Positions 7,952-17,275 are shown, counted from the first letter of the stretch. The stretch is 24,728 bases of DNA from Patescibacteria group bacterium (GCA_030549845.1 JAUQQN010000007.1:1-24728); one strand, 5' to 3'. The notes: generated by a model not told the origin, from the sequence alone. A program made the numbers and translations.

Positions 7952-8826
7952 AATAAATTATTATAAAGCTTCTCTATGTTCTCTTTCAAAGTCTTCGTAA
8001 ATACTTGCTCAGATAAAGCAGTTTCCAATGGATCGAGTTCTATTATTTTTAGGTTATATATTTTAGCAAATTGTAGAACAGTAGTATCTATCATACCTTT
8101 CTCTACAAAAATAGTTTTTATATTGTTTTCTTTAATTTTTATTGCAAGATTAAGTAAATCCCTTGGAGCTATCCCCTCTCCTTCTTCTGTCTTTAAATAA
8201 CCTATTATTTCTAAATTTAATTCTTTAGCTAAATAATCAAAGCCAGGGTGGGTTACAAGAATTTTGTTATTTTTTAATTGGCTAAACTTAGTTGTATATT
8301 TTCTCAACCCATCTATTTCTTTATAAAACTTATGAAGATTGAAAATATAAAAATCTTTATTTTTTGAATCTAATTCAATCAATTTAGTAGCTATTTTTGT
8401 TGCAATAATTTTTGAATTTTTAAGAGAAAGCCAATAATGAGAATTAACTATTTTCTTATTATATTTAATAAGCTCTACATCTTTATCAAATTTATAAACC
8501 ATAATATTAAGTTCACTAGAAATTTTATCTATAAAATCATCTAGATTAGCTCCAATTGCAAAAATTATTTTAGCCTCTTTAATTTGTTGAAGTTTTTGAG
8601 GAGAAATAACTATTTCATGAGCATGAGGAGCATTCTCTGATAAATCAATAATTTCGATTTTATCCGCTCCAATTTCTCTTAAAATAGAAGCAATAGCCCC
8701 TATAGTTGTGCCAATTTTTATCTTATTTTTTTCTTCAATAATTTTATTTTGATAATAAGAATAAGATAAGAAAAATAAAAGCAATAATACAATAACTCCT
8801 AATAAATTTATTAAAAATTTTTTCAT
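7948..8826 (-). CDS. Metal ABC transporter substrate-binding protein, ZnuA/TroA (cluster A-I) family
   Basis: 292 aa. The N-terminal hydrophobic signal/anchor is MKKFLINLLGVIVLLLLFF. Metal-ligand contexts typical of the family are NAPHAHE, NSHYWLS, VTHPGFDYLA and ELDPLE. Confidence 0.8.
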   Translation of the reverse strand: MKKFLINLLGVIVLLLLFFLSYSYYQNKIIEEKNKIKIGTTIGAIASILREIGADKIEIIDLSENAPHAHEIVISPQKLQQIKEAKIIFAIGANLDDFIDKISSELNIMVYKFDKDVELIKYNKKIVNSHYWLSLKNSKIIATKIATKLIELDSKNKDFYIFNLHKFYKEIDGLRKYTTKFSQLKNNKILVTHPGFDYLAKELNLEIIGYLKTEEGEGIAPRDLLNLAIKIKENNIKTIFVEKGMIDTTVLQFAKIYNLKIIELDPLETALSEQVFTKTLKENIEKLYNNLL

Positions 8827-8839
8827 TAAAGCCTATTTA

Positions 8840-10522
<1,683 letters not shown>

Positions 10523-10816
10523 TTATTCTTCTATAATTGCCATAATATCGTCTTCTCTTATGAAATAATATTCTTTATCATTTATTTTGATTTCATCTGG
10601 TGCATATTTTTTGAAAAGAACAACTTGTCCTTCTTTTACATTCATAGGATTTCTTTCCCCTTTTTCATTCAATTTACCAGGTCCTACAGCAATAACTTTG
10701 CCCTTGACAGCTCTTTCTTCTCTCGCTGTTTCTGGTATAATAATTCCGCCCTTTGTAACTTCGTCCTCTTTTATTGGTTCCACTAAAACATAGTCATTTA
10801 ATGGCTTAATTTTCAT
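10523..10816 (-). CDS. groS: Co-chaperonin GroES (Cpn10)
   Basis: The canonical N-terminus MKIKPLNDYVLVEP begins at the ATG at 10816 and gives 97 aa. Motifs present: GGIIIPETA mobile loop and GKVIAVGPG. An alternative ATG at 10843 (MSKFPHIEK-MKIKPL) cannot be excluded. The ORF-track start at 10885 would run through promoter and operator-like elements. Confidence 0.9.
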   Translation of the reverse strand: MKIKPLNDYVLVEPIKEDEVTKGGIIIPETAREERAVKGKVIAVGPGKLNEKGERNPMNVKEGQVVLFKKYAPDEIKINDKEYYFIREDDIMAIIEE

Positions 10817-10827
10817 TTTTTCGATAT

Positions 10828-10859
10828 GAGGAAACTTAGACATCTTGCTAAGTTTCCTC
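10828..10859 (-). promoter_or_regulatory. Perfect 12-bp stem / 8-nt loop in the groES leader (GAGGAAACTTAG-N8-CTAAGTTTCCTC)
   Basis: This is an exact inverted repeat read directly from the sequence. The 5' arm contains the only SD-like string in the leader (GAGGA). The loop contains the alternative ATG (10843). The 3' arm UUUCCUC is anti-SD-like. Its function is unknown. Confidence 0.5.
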
Positions 10860-10865
10860 ATTATA

Positions 10866-10892
10866 TTAGCATCGTTAATATTCACATGCTAA
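10866..10892 (-). promoter_or_regulatory. Degenerate CIRCE-like inverted repeat (possible HrcA operator)
   Basis: The minus strand reads TTAGCAtgt-GAATATTAA-cgaTGCTAA. The outer hexamers TTAGCA/TGCTAA and the 27-nt overall geometry match the CIRCE consensus TTAGCACTC-N9-GAGTGCTAA. The inner triplets are not complementary. The location just downstream of the -10 and upstream of groES is the classical position. Confidence 0.45.
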
Positions 10893-10899
10893 TTATATT

Positions 10900-10908
10900 A
10901 TTATACCA
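10900..10908 (-). promoter_or_regulatory. Candidate extended -10 promoter element (TGGTATAAT) for groES-groEL
   Basis: The minus strand reads AAATATGGTATAATAATATAATTAGCA... The TGnTATAAT match lies 84 nt upstream of the groES ATG (10816) and 7 nt upstream of the CIRCE-like repeat. No good -35 is seen, which is acceptable for an extended -10. TATAAT-like hexamers are frequent by chance in DNA this AT-rich. Confidence 0.4.
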
Positions 10909-10913
10909 TATTT

Positions 10914-13418
10914 TTAATCATCATGCACCTCCTTTATTTCTTTAAGTTTTTTCATCCTTTCTTGATGCTCAGGAGTATTCAGTAAACCACATTTTTTCCA
11001 TTTTTTACCAGAACCACAAGGACATGGATCATTTCTTCCTATTTTTGGTACTTCTTTTTTAACGCTTAAGTTAAATAAATAGTAAATTAAATTAATTCTT
11101 AAAAACCTATGAAAGTTCTCAAAACTTTCTAAGGCTTCTCGTTTAAACTCAACTAATGGATCTCTATGAGCATAACCTCTCCAGGTTACACTTTCTTTTA
11201 ATTCATTTAAATAACTTAAGTGTTCAGACCATAAATAATCAAACAATCGTAAAACTGTTATTCTTAAAAGCCTTTGCCATTCTTCCTCTTCAAAATTTTC
11301 TCTTAAACTTTCATAGTGTTTCAAAAATTTTTCTTTAGCTTCCTCTTTTATTTCTTTTTGATTTTCTATTTTTAAGTAATAACTAATTAGACCTTCATCT
11401 TCTTCTAAAAATTTTTCAAAGCATTCTTTTACAAATTCTTCAATGTCGATTTTTTCAAACAGAATATCTTCTCTTTCTTGATATATTTTATCTCTTTGTG
11501 CATTTATTACATCATCATACTCAAGAAGATGTTTTCTTAAATCAAAATTCATACCTTCAACCTTGCTTTGTGCTTCATCGATTGCTTTGGAAATTAAGGG
11601 ATGCTCTATGGGTCCTTTTTCTATTTTTAATTTTTGTAAAAGGCTTTGTATTTTTTCTCCCCCGAATATTCTTATTAAATCATCTTCTAAAGATATAAAA
11701 AATTGAGTTTCACCAGGGTCTCCTTGTCTTCCAGCTCTTCCTCTTAATTGATTATCAATCCTCCTTGCTTCATGCCTTTCTGTCCCTATTACGAATAAAC
11801 CACCTAATGCCCTAACCTTTTCTGCTTCTTCTTTATCAGGTGGGTTACCCCCTAAAATTATATCTACTCCTCTTCCTGCCATGTTTGTTGCTACAGTAAC
11901 TTGCCTTAATTTACCTGCTTGAGCTATTATTGCACCTTCTTCTTCATGATTTTTTGCATTTAAAATATTATGAGGTATACCTCGTTCTTTTAGTTTACGC
12001 GAAAGCAGTTCATTTTTTTCAATTGATGTAGTTCCAACTAAAACCGGCCTTCCTATTTTATAAAGCTCTTCTATTTTATCTACGACAGCTTCCCATTTTT
12101 CTTCTTCTTTCAAAAATATCTTGTCTGGATGGTCTATTCTAATACAAGGTTTATTTGGAGGAATTATTACCACTTCTAGCCCATAAACTTTATAAAATTC
12201 TTCAGCAGATGTCGCAGCCGTACCTGTCATACCTGCAAGTTTTTTATATTTTCTAAACAGATTTTGAATAGTAATTTCTGCTATAGTTTTGCTTTCAGGC
12301 TGAATAGGAACTCGTTCTTTTGCTTCAATAGCTTGATGTAAACCTCCAGACCAACGTCTTCCCCACATTATTCTTCCTGTAAACTCATCTATGATTAAAA
12401 CCTGATTGTCTTTTACTATATAATCTCTATCTCTGAAATACAAATAATTTGCCTTTAAAGCTTCTTCTAAGTGATGAATAGTGTGTAAATCTTCTACTTT
12501 ATATGGGTTATATTTAAGTATTTCTTCAATTCTATTTTGTCCTTCTTCTGTCAAATAAACAGTCCTCCTTTTTTCATCTACAATGAAATCAATATCTTTC
12601 TTTAAAGTTTTAGCAATAGAATCAAAAAAGTAGTAAGTTTCTGCCGGTTCTTGTTGTATACCAGAAATTATAAGAGGCGTCCTTGCTTCATCTATTAATA
12701 TACTATCTGCTTCATCAATAATCGCATAATTGAATTCCCTTTGTACAACATTAAATTTATCTATTTCTAAATGATCTCTTAAATAATCAAAACCGAATTC
12801 ATGATTTGTCCCATAAGTAATATCTGCTTCATACGCTTCCCTTCTTGAGACAGGCCTTAAATATTGATAAAATACCCTAAAACTTGCTGTTTGATCTCTA
12901 AGTTTGTCAATCTCTTCTTCAGTAAATGAAGGATCATATAAATAACTTTCTTCATGAACTAAACAACCAACAGAAATTCCTAGCAAATAATAGATTTGTC
13001 CCATCCATACAGTATCTCTTTTTGCTAAATAATCATTCACTGTTACTATATGAACTCCTTTCCCTTCTAAAGAATTTAAATAAGCAGCTAAAGTCGCAGT
13101 CAAAGTTTTTCCTTCGCCTGTCATCATTTCTACAATCATTCCTTTATGTAAACCAATCCCACCTAAAAGTTGAACATCGTAATGTCTTTGATTCAAAGTT
13201 CTTTTTGCAGCTTCTCTAACCAAAGCAAAGGCTTCTGGCAATAAATCATCTAATGTTTCTCCCTTTTTTAATCTTTCTTTAAATTCTTGGGTTTTTTCTT
13301 TTAAACTTTCATCTGGTATTTTTTCAAAGTCTTTTTCTAATGCATTAATCTTTTCAACAATTGGTTGCCATTTTTTAATATAATCTATTTTAAAAGATTG
13401 AAAAAATTTTGAAAGCAT
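10914..13418 (-). CDS. secA: Preprotein translocase ATPase SecA
   Basis: 834 aa. Motifs present: MMTGEGKTLTA (Walker A), IIDEADSILIDEARTPLIISG (DEAD/Walker B), TNMAGRGVDI, and the C-terminal zinc finger CPCGSGKKWKKCG, which is followed by an extra 23-aa tail. Confidence 0.96.
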   Translation of the reverse strand: MLSKFFQSFKIDYIKKWQPIVEKINALEKDFEKIPDESLKEKTQEFKERLKKGETLDDLLPEAFALVREAAKRTLNQRHYDVQLLGGIGLHKGMIVEMMTGEGKTLTATLAAYLNSLEGKGVHIVTVNDYLAKRDTVWMGQIYYLLGISVGCLVHEESYLYDPSFTEEEIDKLRDQTASFRVFYQYLRPVSRREAYEADITYGTNHEFGFDYLRDHLEIDKFNVVQREFNYAIIDEADSILIDEARTPLIISGIQQEPAETYYFFDSIAKTLKKDIDFIVDEKRRTVYLTEEGQNRIEEILKYNPYKVEDLHTIHHLEEALKANYLYFRDRDYIVKDNQVLIIDEFTGRIMWGRRWSGGLHQAIEAKERVPIQPESKTIAEITIQNLFRKYKKLAGMTGTAATSAEEFYKVYGLEVVIIPPNKPCIRIDHPDKIFLKEEEKWEAVVDKIEELYKIGRPVLVGTTSIEKNELLSRKLKERGIPHNILNAKNHEEEGAIIAQAGKLRQVTVATNMAGRGVDIILGGNPPDKEEAEKVRALGGLFVIGTERHEARRIDNQLRGRAGRQGDPGETQFFISLEDDLIRIFGGEKIQSLLQKLKIEKGPIEHPLISKAIDEAQSKVEGMNFDLRKHLLEYDDVINAQRDKIYQEREDILFEKIDIEEFVKECFEKFLEEDEGLISYYLKIENQKEIKEEAKEKFLKHYESLRENFEEEEWQRLLRITVLRLFDYLWSEHLSYLNELKESVTWRGYAHRDPLVEFKREALESFENFHRFLRINLIYYLFNLSVKKEVPKIGRNDPCPCGSGKKWKKCGLLNTPEHQERMKKLKEIKEVHDD

Positions 13419-13423
13419 TTTTA

Positions 13424-14443
13424 TTATATTTTATTTCTATAAATTAATTTTTCAAAGACCCAAGTTAAATAATATTTTAAATTTAAGGGAAAATCTAAAG
13501 TAGGCATTAATTTAATCAATCTACCTCCAAAACCCTTTTTAAACTGAGTCAGTCCATACCAAGGATGTCCAGGTCCTTTCTCGGTAATTCCCCATAAATT
13601 ATAACATCTACAACCCATTTTTTGGGCGTCTAAAATTATTTGCCAATGTAGTTTGTAATTAATAGGTTCTTTTATAGGTTCACTTGCTCCATGATGATAA
13701 AAAGCTATATCATTAACAAAAATTATTAATGCAGAACTTACGTACCTCTCTTCAACTTTTCCAAAATAAAGCTTTGCAGAGTTAATATTTTTAAACTCCA
13801 TGAATTCATACTTAATAAGCTCATAAGGATAAGGGATAAATTTTTTATTTTGTGCTAATTTTTTGTATAAATTCCAAAAAATTTCTATTTTTTCTAAATC
13901 GTCAGTTTTTTCTATTTCCAAAAAAGGTTTTTCAAGGGAGTCTAAAATTAATTTTTTATGATTTTTGCTCATCTCTGAAAGTAATTCTTCTTCATTTTTT
14001 TTCAAATCCTTTATCCAAAAATTTTCTGAAACGAACAATCTAGGGGCATATTTAAACCCCATTTTCAAAAGTTCCCTTAATAAATTTTCATTATATTCCA
14101 CCAAAAAATTCGTTCGAATAAAAGAAAACTTTTTGAGATGAGGGTGAATTTTTATAAAGTTAATTAAACTTTTTATTATTTCAACAAAAGTATCTTTAAA
14201 CTCTTCTTTAATAATTGGGCCATGAGAAATTGTTAAAAATTTTCCTCTTTTTGCAAAATTTCCAATCAATTGAAAAACGCCTATTAACTCATTTTTTACA
14301 TATACACCTAATCTAAAAATTTCTTTATTTAATTTTTTTTCTACTTCTCCCCACTCAAAATTTTGCAAAAAAGAAATAGGTTTTTGTTTCTGTATAAACT
14401 CTTTATAAATATTTTTATTTTTAATTTCTCTTATTTCTATCAT
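13424..14443 (-). CDS. FemAB/FemX-family peptidoglycan bridge-formation (aminoacyl-tRNA-dependent) transferase
   Basis: 339 aa. Family-typical strings are SFLQNFEWGEVEK near the N-terminus, AFYHHGAS, and YGLTQFKKGFGG near the C-terminus. The size matches short FemX-type enzymes that lack the FemA coiled-coil arm. Confidence 0.78.
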   Translation of the reverse strand: MIEIREIKNKNIYKEFIQKQKPISFLQNFEWGEVEKKLNKEIFRLGVYVKNELIGVFQLIGNFAKRGKFLTISHGPIIKEEFKDTFVEIIKSLINFIKIHPHLKKFSFIRTNFLVEYNENLLRELLKMGFKYAPRLFVSENFWIKDLKKNEEELLSEMSKNHKKLILDSLEKPFLEIEKTDDLEKIEIFWNLYKKLAQNKKFIPYPYELIKYEFMEFKNINSAKLYFGKVEERYVSSALIIFVNDIAFYHHGASEPIKEPINYKLHWQIILDAQKMGCRCYNLWGITEKGPGHPWYGLTQFKKGFGGRLIKLMPTLDFPLNLKYYLTWVFEKLIYRNKI

Positions 14444-14445
14444 TT

Positions 14446-15687
14446 TTAAGCAAATTTTTTAATTAATTCAGTTATTAAAAATGCATCATTTTTTGTGGTT
14501 AATATGTTTGTAGGCAAATTACAAATCGAAAAGCATAACTCTTCTGCATTCTTACACATTCCATAATAATATCCAAATCTATCTAATCTTTTTTGTATAG
14601 GCGCTAATGGAGAATTATACCAATTTCCTAAATAGATATTATATTTTTTTAGGTTATCAATTAACAATCTTGGATTGCTCACTGTAATGGGGTATCTTAA
14701 AAAATAAAATTCATATTCAGTAGGAATAAAACCATAAGGCAGAATTCCTTCTTTTAAGTATATTTTTGAAATTTGTTCTCTATGTTCGCTAAACTTGTAA
14801 AGCTTCCTTAATTGATGGACAGCAATTTTTGCAAAGGCCTCAGGCATTTTTAATAACCTTAATTCATCAACTTTCCCCAAATATTCTTCTTTAGAGATTT
14901 CAGGTTCTATCACTTTTAAAACCCTTAAAAGACTTGTCAATGCTTTTGTAAACTTATTATAGTTCATACGAATATTTTTCATTAAATATGCATATAATAA
15001 AGTTTTTCTAACCCAAAATTTATTAGGGTATTTTATTTTCTTATAGATTTGAGAAAATTCGTCAGCTAATTCTTTATTGTTTATAACTAAAGCCCCTCCA
15101 AATATACCTGATAAAACTTTAGACCTTCCAAAGCTTACCAAAGCTACATCCCCAAAATTACCTAAATATTTTTCTTTGTATTTTGCACCAAAAGAATGGG
15201 CTAAGTTTTCTATTACCAATAAATTATTTTCTTTTGCAATTTCTATGATTTTAACAACATCATTAGGAATTCCAAATGTGTTTTGTAAAATTAGCACGCT
15301 TAAATCAGGATGATTTTCTAAAGTTTGCTTAATAATATTTTCATCAAAATTTACATCCCCCTTTTTAATATCCAAAAAAACCGGTATACCACCTGCATTT
15401 AAAATTGCTTTAGGAACCACAAAGCACGTAAAAGCTTGTGTTCCAACTTTTTTATTTTTGGTCTTACTCAGATAAAATTCTAAAAATCTTTGTAATGCTC
15501 CTCTTTCAGAATTAAATAAAAATATTTCTCCTTGCGTGAAAAATCTTTTGAGCTCGTTTTTTAAAATTTCTAAACTATTTCCTTGGATTAATTTATCACC
15601 CTTAACCCAAAGCAGTTTTCTTATTATTTCATAATCGTCTTTTTCAAAATTAGGGAAGAAATCAGGAGAAATTAATCTTTTTTTCAT
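14446..15687 (-). CDS. DegT/DnrJ/EryC1/StrS-family PLP-dependent enzyme (aminotransferase fold), divergent
   Basis: 413 aa. The core is ENLAHSFGAKYKEKYLGNFGDVALVSFGRSKVLSGIFGGALV. This matches the family pattern (E/D)xxAHxxGAxYxGKxxGxxGDxxxFSFxxxK with the Schiff-base Lys. The C-terminal half is long and does not look canonical. Confidence 0.7.
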   Translation of the reverse strand: MKKRLISPDFFPNFEKDDYEIIRKLLWVKGDKLIQGNSLEILKNELKRFFTQGEIFLFNSERGALQRFLEFYLSKTKNKKVGTQAFTCFVVPKAILNAGGIPVFLDIKKGDVNFDENIIKQTLENHPDLSVLILQNTFGIPNDVVKIIEIAKENNLLVIENLAHSFGAKYKEKYLGNFGDVALVSFGRSKVLSGIFGGALVINNKELADEFSQIYKKIKYPNKFWVRKTLLYAYLMKNIRMNYNKFTKALTSLLRVLKVIEPEISKEEYLGKVDELRLLKMPEAFAKIAVHQLRKLYKFSEHREQISKIYLKEGILPYGFIPTEYEFYFLRYPITVSNPRLLIDNLKKYNIYLGNWYNSPLAPIQKRLDRFGYYYGMCKNAEELCFSICNLPTNILTTKNDAFLITELIKKFA

Positions 15688-17249
15688 AGTTTTAAAATTT
15701 CTTCTAATAATTTAGATGGAATTCTTCCTAAAATTAAAATACCTAATTCATTTTTGGGAAATTCTTTTATGAGCTCTTCTACTTTTTGTTTTTTATAAAT
15801 TATTACCTTATTGTATAAATATTCTTCAAAAATTTGAGTATAATCTTTGAAAGTAAGAATTATTTTGTCAAAATTTCTAAAAACCTCAATTAATTCCTTA
15901 TAATAACTGGGTGTTTCTACGCCAAGTTCTAAAATCCCAGCAAAAAATATAATTTTATATTTAATAGGTAAAGAATAAAAAAACTCCGCTCCTTTTATAA
16001 CGCCTATCAAATTTGAATTATAAGAATCATCTATAATCACTGGATTATATTTTTTAACAACTTGAAATTGATGAGGTAATAATTCTATATTTTTTAAAAC
16101 ATCCTCTAAATCCTTTGGTTTAATTCCTAAAAGATAAGCACAAGCTAAGGCTCCCACAAGGTTTTCTAAAAATTGTCTCCCTACAATATTTGTGCTTAAA
16201 GTTATAACTCCATCTGGATAAACAAAATTAAATACAGTGTTTTCTAAAGAGAATTGTGTTTCTATTGGATAAAAATGAGATTCTCTTGTGCCGTATAAAT
16301 ATTTTTGAGGTAAAGGTAGGGTTTGATAAATATATTTTGAATATTCATCATTTCCATTTATTAAAGCAATACCTCTCGGCACTACAGATTTAAATATTTC
16401 GCTTTTACCAATGATAATATCTTTTAATGAACCAAAGGTAGCAACATGCTGGGGGCCTATTCCTGTTAAGAAAACAATATCTGGATTAAAAATTTTTACT
16501 AATGTAGAAATTTCACCTCTCCTTCTTGCTCCCATTTCAATTATCAAAATTTCATATTCTTCTAAATTAGAATTTAAAATAAATTGCGACAACCCTATCT
16601 CAGCATTTAACCGAAGAGGTGATTTTAAAACTTTAAATTTTTTTGATAAAATTTGAGCTAGTATTTCTTTAGTAGAAGTTTTCCCATAGCTTCCAGTAAT
16701 TCCTATTATTTTTCTTTGGGGATCCGCCTTTTTCCACTTTTCTATTTTTACTTTTGCTTTATTATATAATATTTGAGCATAAAGATTAGTTAAAGTATTT
16801 GCTATATAAGTACTTATAAGAGATATTAAAAATTGTAAAGGCGCAGTTAACAGTATAAAAAACATAAAAAAACTGCTTTCAGAAATATCCAAAATTCTCC
16901 AATTTATTAAAATAACTAAAAAAGAAATAAAAAGAAATTTTAAAGTCCAATTGATTGATTTTATTTGTTCAGATCTTTTCTTTAATAGAAAAAATAAAAA
17001 GATAAGCAAAATAAAAACCCAAAATGAGCCTTTAAAAGAAAAATTAAATCCTAAGAATGCTAAAATAAAAAATAGAGCCCATAATAACCATAAAAAAATT
17101 TCCCTTCTTTTTATAAAAATCAGATAACTTGAAGGGTAATCAAAATGAGCCCAAATTGATGGAAAGAAATATTCTTTTATTTGAAAAAGCCTTAAAATAT
17201 TTAAGGAGCTTGCAAGAAATATTATCAAACTTAAAATTAAATTAAGCAT
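15684..17249 (-). CDS. Mur ligase family protein, MurF-like (UDP-MurNAc-tripeptide--D-Ala-D-Ala ligase-type central and C-terminal domains) fused to an N-terminal roughly 170-aa five-helix membrane domain
   Basis: 521 aa. Residues 1-170 are hydrophobic helices with K/R loops. After that, MurF-type motifs follow in order: IIGITGSYGKTSTKEIL (P-loop), LNAEIGLS, IIEMGARRRGEIS, LTGIGPQHVATFGS, ALINGND, IIDDSYNSN, FAGILELG. An ATGA overlap joins it to the downstream DegT-like gene. Confidence 0.8.
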   Translation of the reverse strand: MLNLILSLIIFLASSLNILRLFQIKEYFFPSIWAHFDYPSSYLIFIKRREIFLWLLWALFFILAFLGFNFSFKGSFWVFILLIFLFFLLKKRSEQIKSINWTLKFLFISFLVILINWRILDISESSFFMFFILLTAPLQFLISLISTYIANTLTNLYAQILYNKAKVKIEKWKKADPQRKIIGITGSYGKTSTKEILAQILSKKFKVLKSPLRLNAEIGLSQFILNSNLEEYEILIIEMGARRRGEISTLVKIFNPDIVFLTGIGPQHVATFGSLKDIIIGKSEIFKSVVPRGIALINGNDEYSKYIYQTLPLPQKYLYGTRESHFYPIETQFSLENTVFNFVYPDGVITLSTNIVGRQFLENLVGALACAYLLGIKPKDLEDVLKNIELLPHQFQVVKKYNPVIIDDSYNSNLIGVIKGAEFFYSLPIKYKIIFFAGILELGVETPSYYKELIEVFRNFDKIILTFKDYTQIFEEYLYNKVIIYKKQKVEELIKEFPKNELGILILGRIPSKLLEEILKL

Positions 17250-17255
17250 TTTAAC

Positions 17256-17267
17256 TTATAATTATAA
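17256..17267. promoter_or_regulatory. 12-nt perfect palindrome TTATAATTATAA providing a TATAAT on each strand within a 26-nt divergent gap
   Basis: The plus-strand TATAAT at 17263-17268 ends 7 nt before the NUDIX ATG (17276). The minus-strand TATAAT (17266-17261) ends 11 nt before the MurF-like ATG (17249). Chance occurrence in AT-rich DNA is plausible. Confidence 0.3.
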
Positions 17268-17275
17268 TCAACAAA

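Noticed and set aside
10817-10885. GroES N-terminal extension of 23 aa (MNINDANIMRKLSKMSKFPHIEK).
   Set aside because: Canonical GroES starts at MKIKPL. The extension would overlap the CIRCE-like dyad and the 12-bp stem. Only the intermediate ATG at 10843 remains a plausible alternative, and it is noted in the findings.
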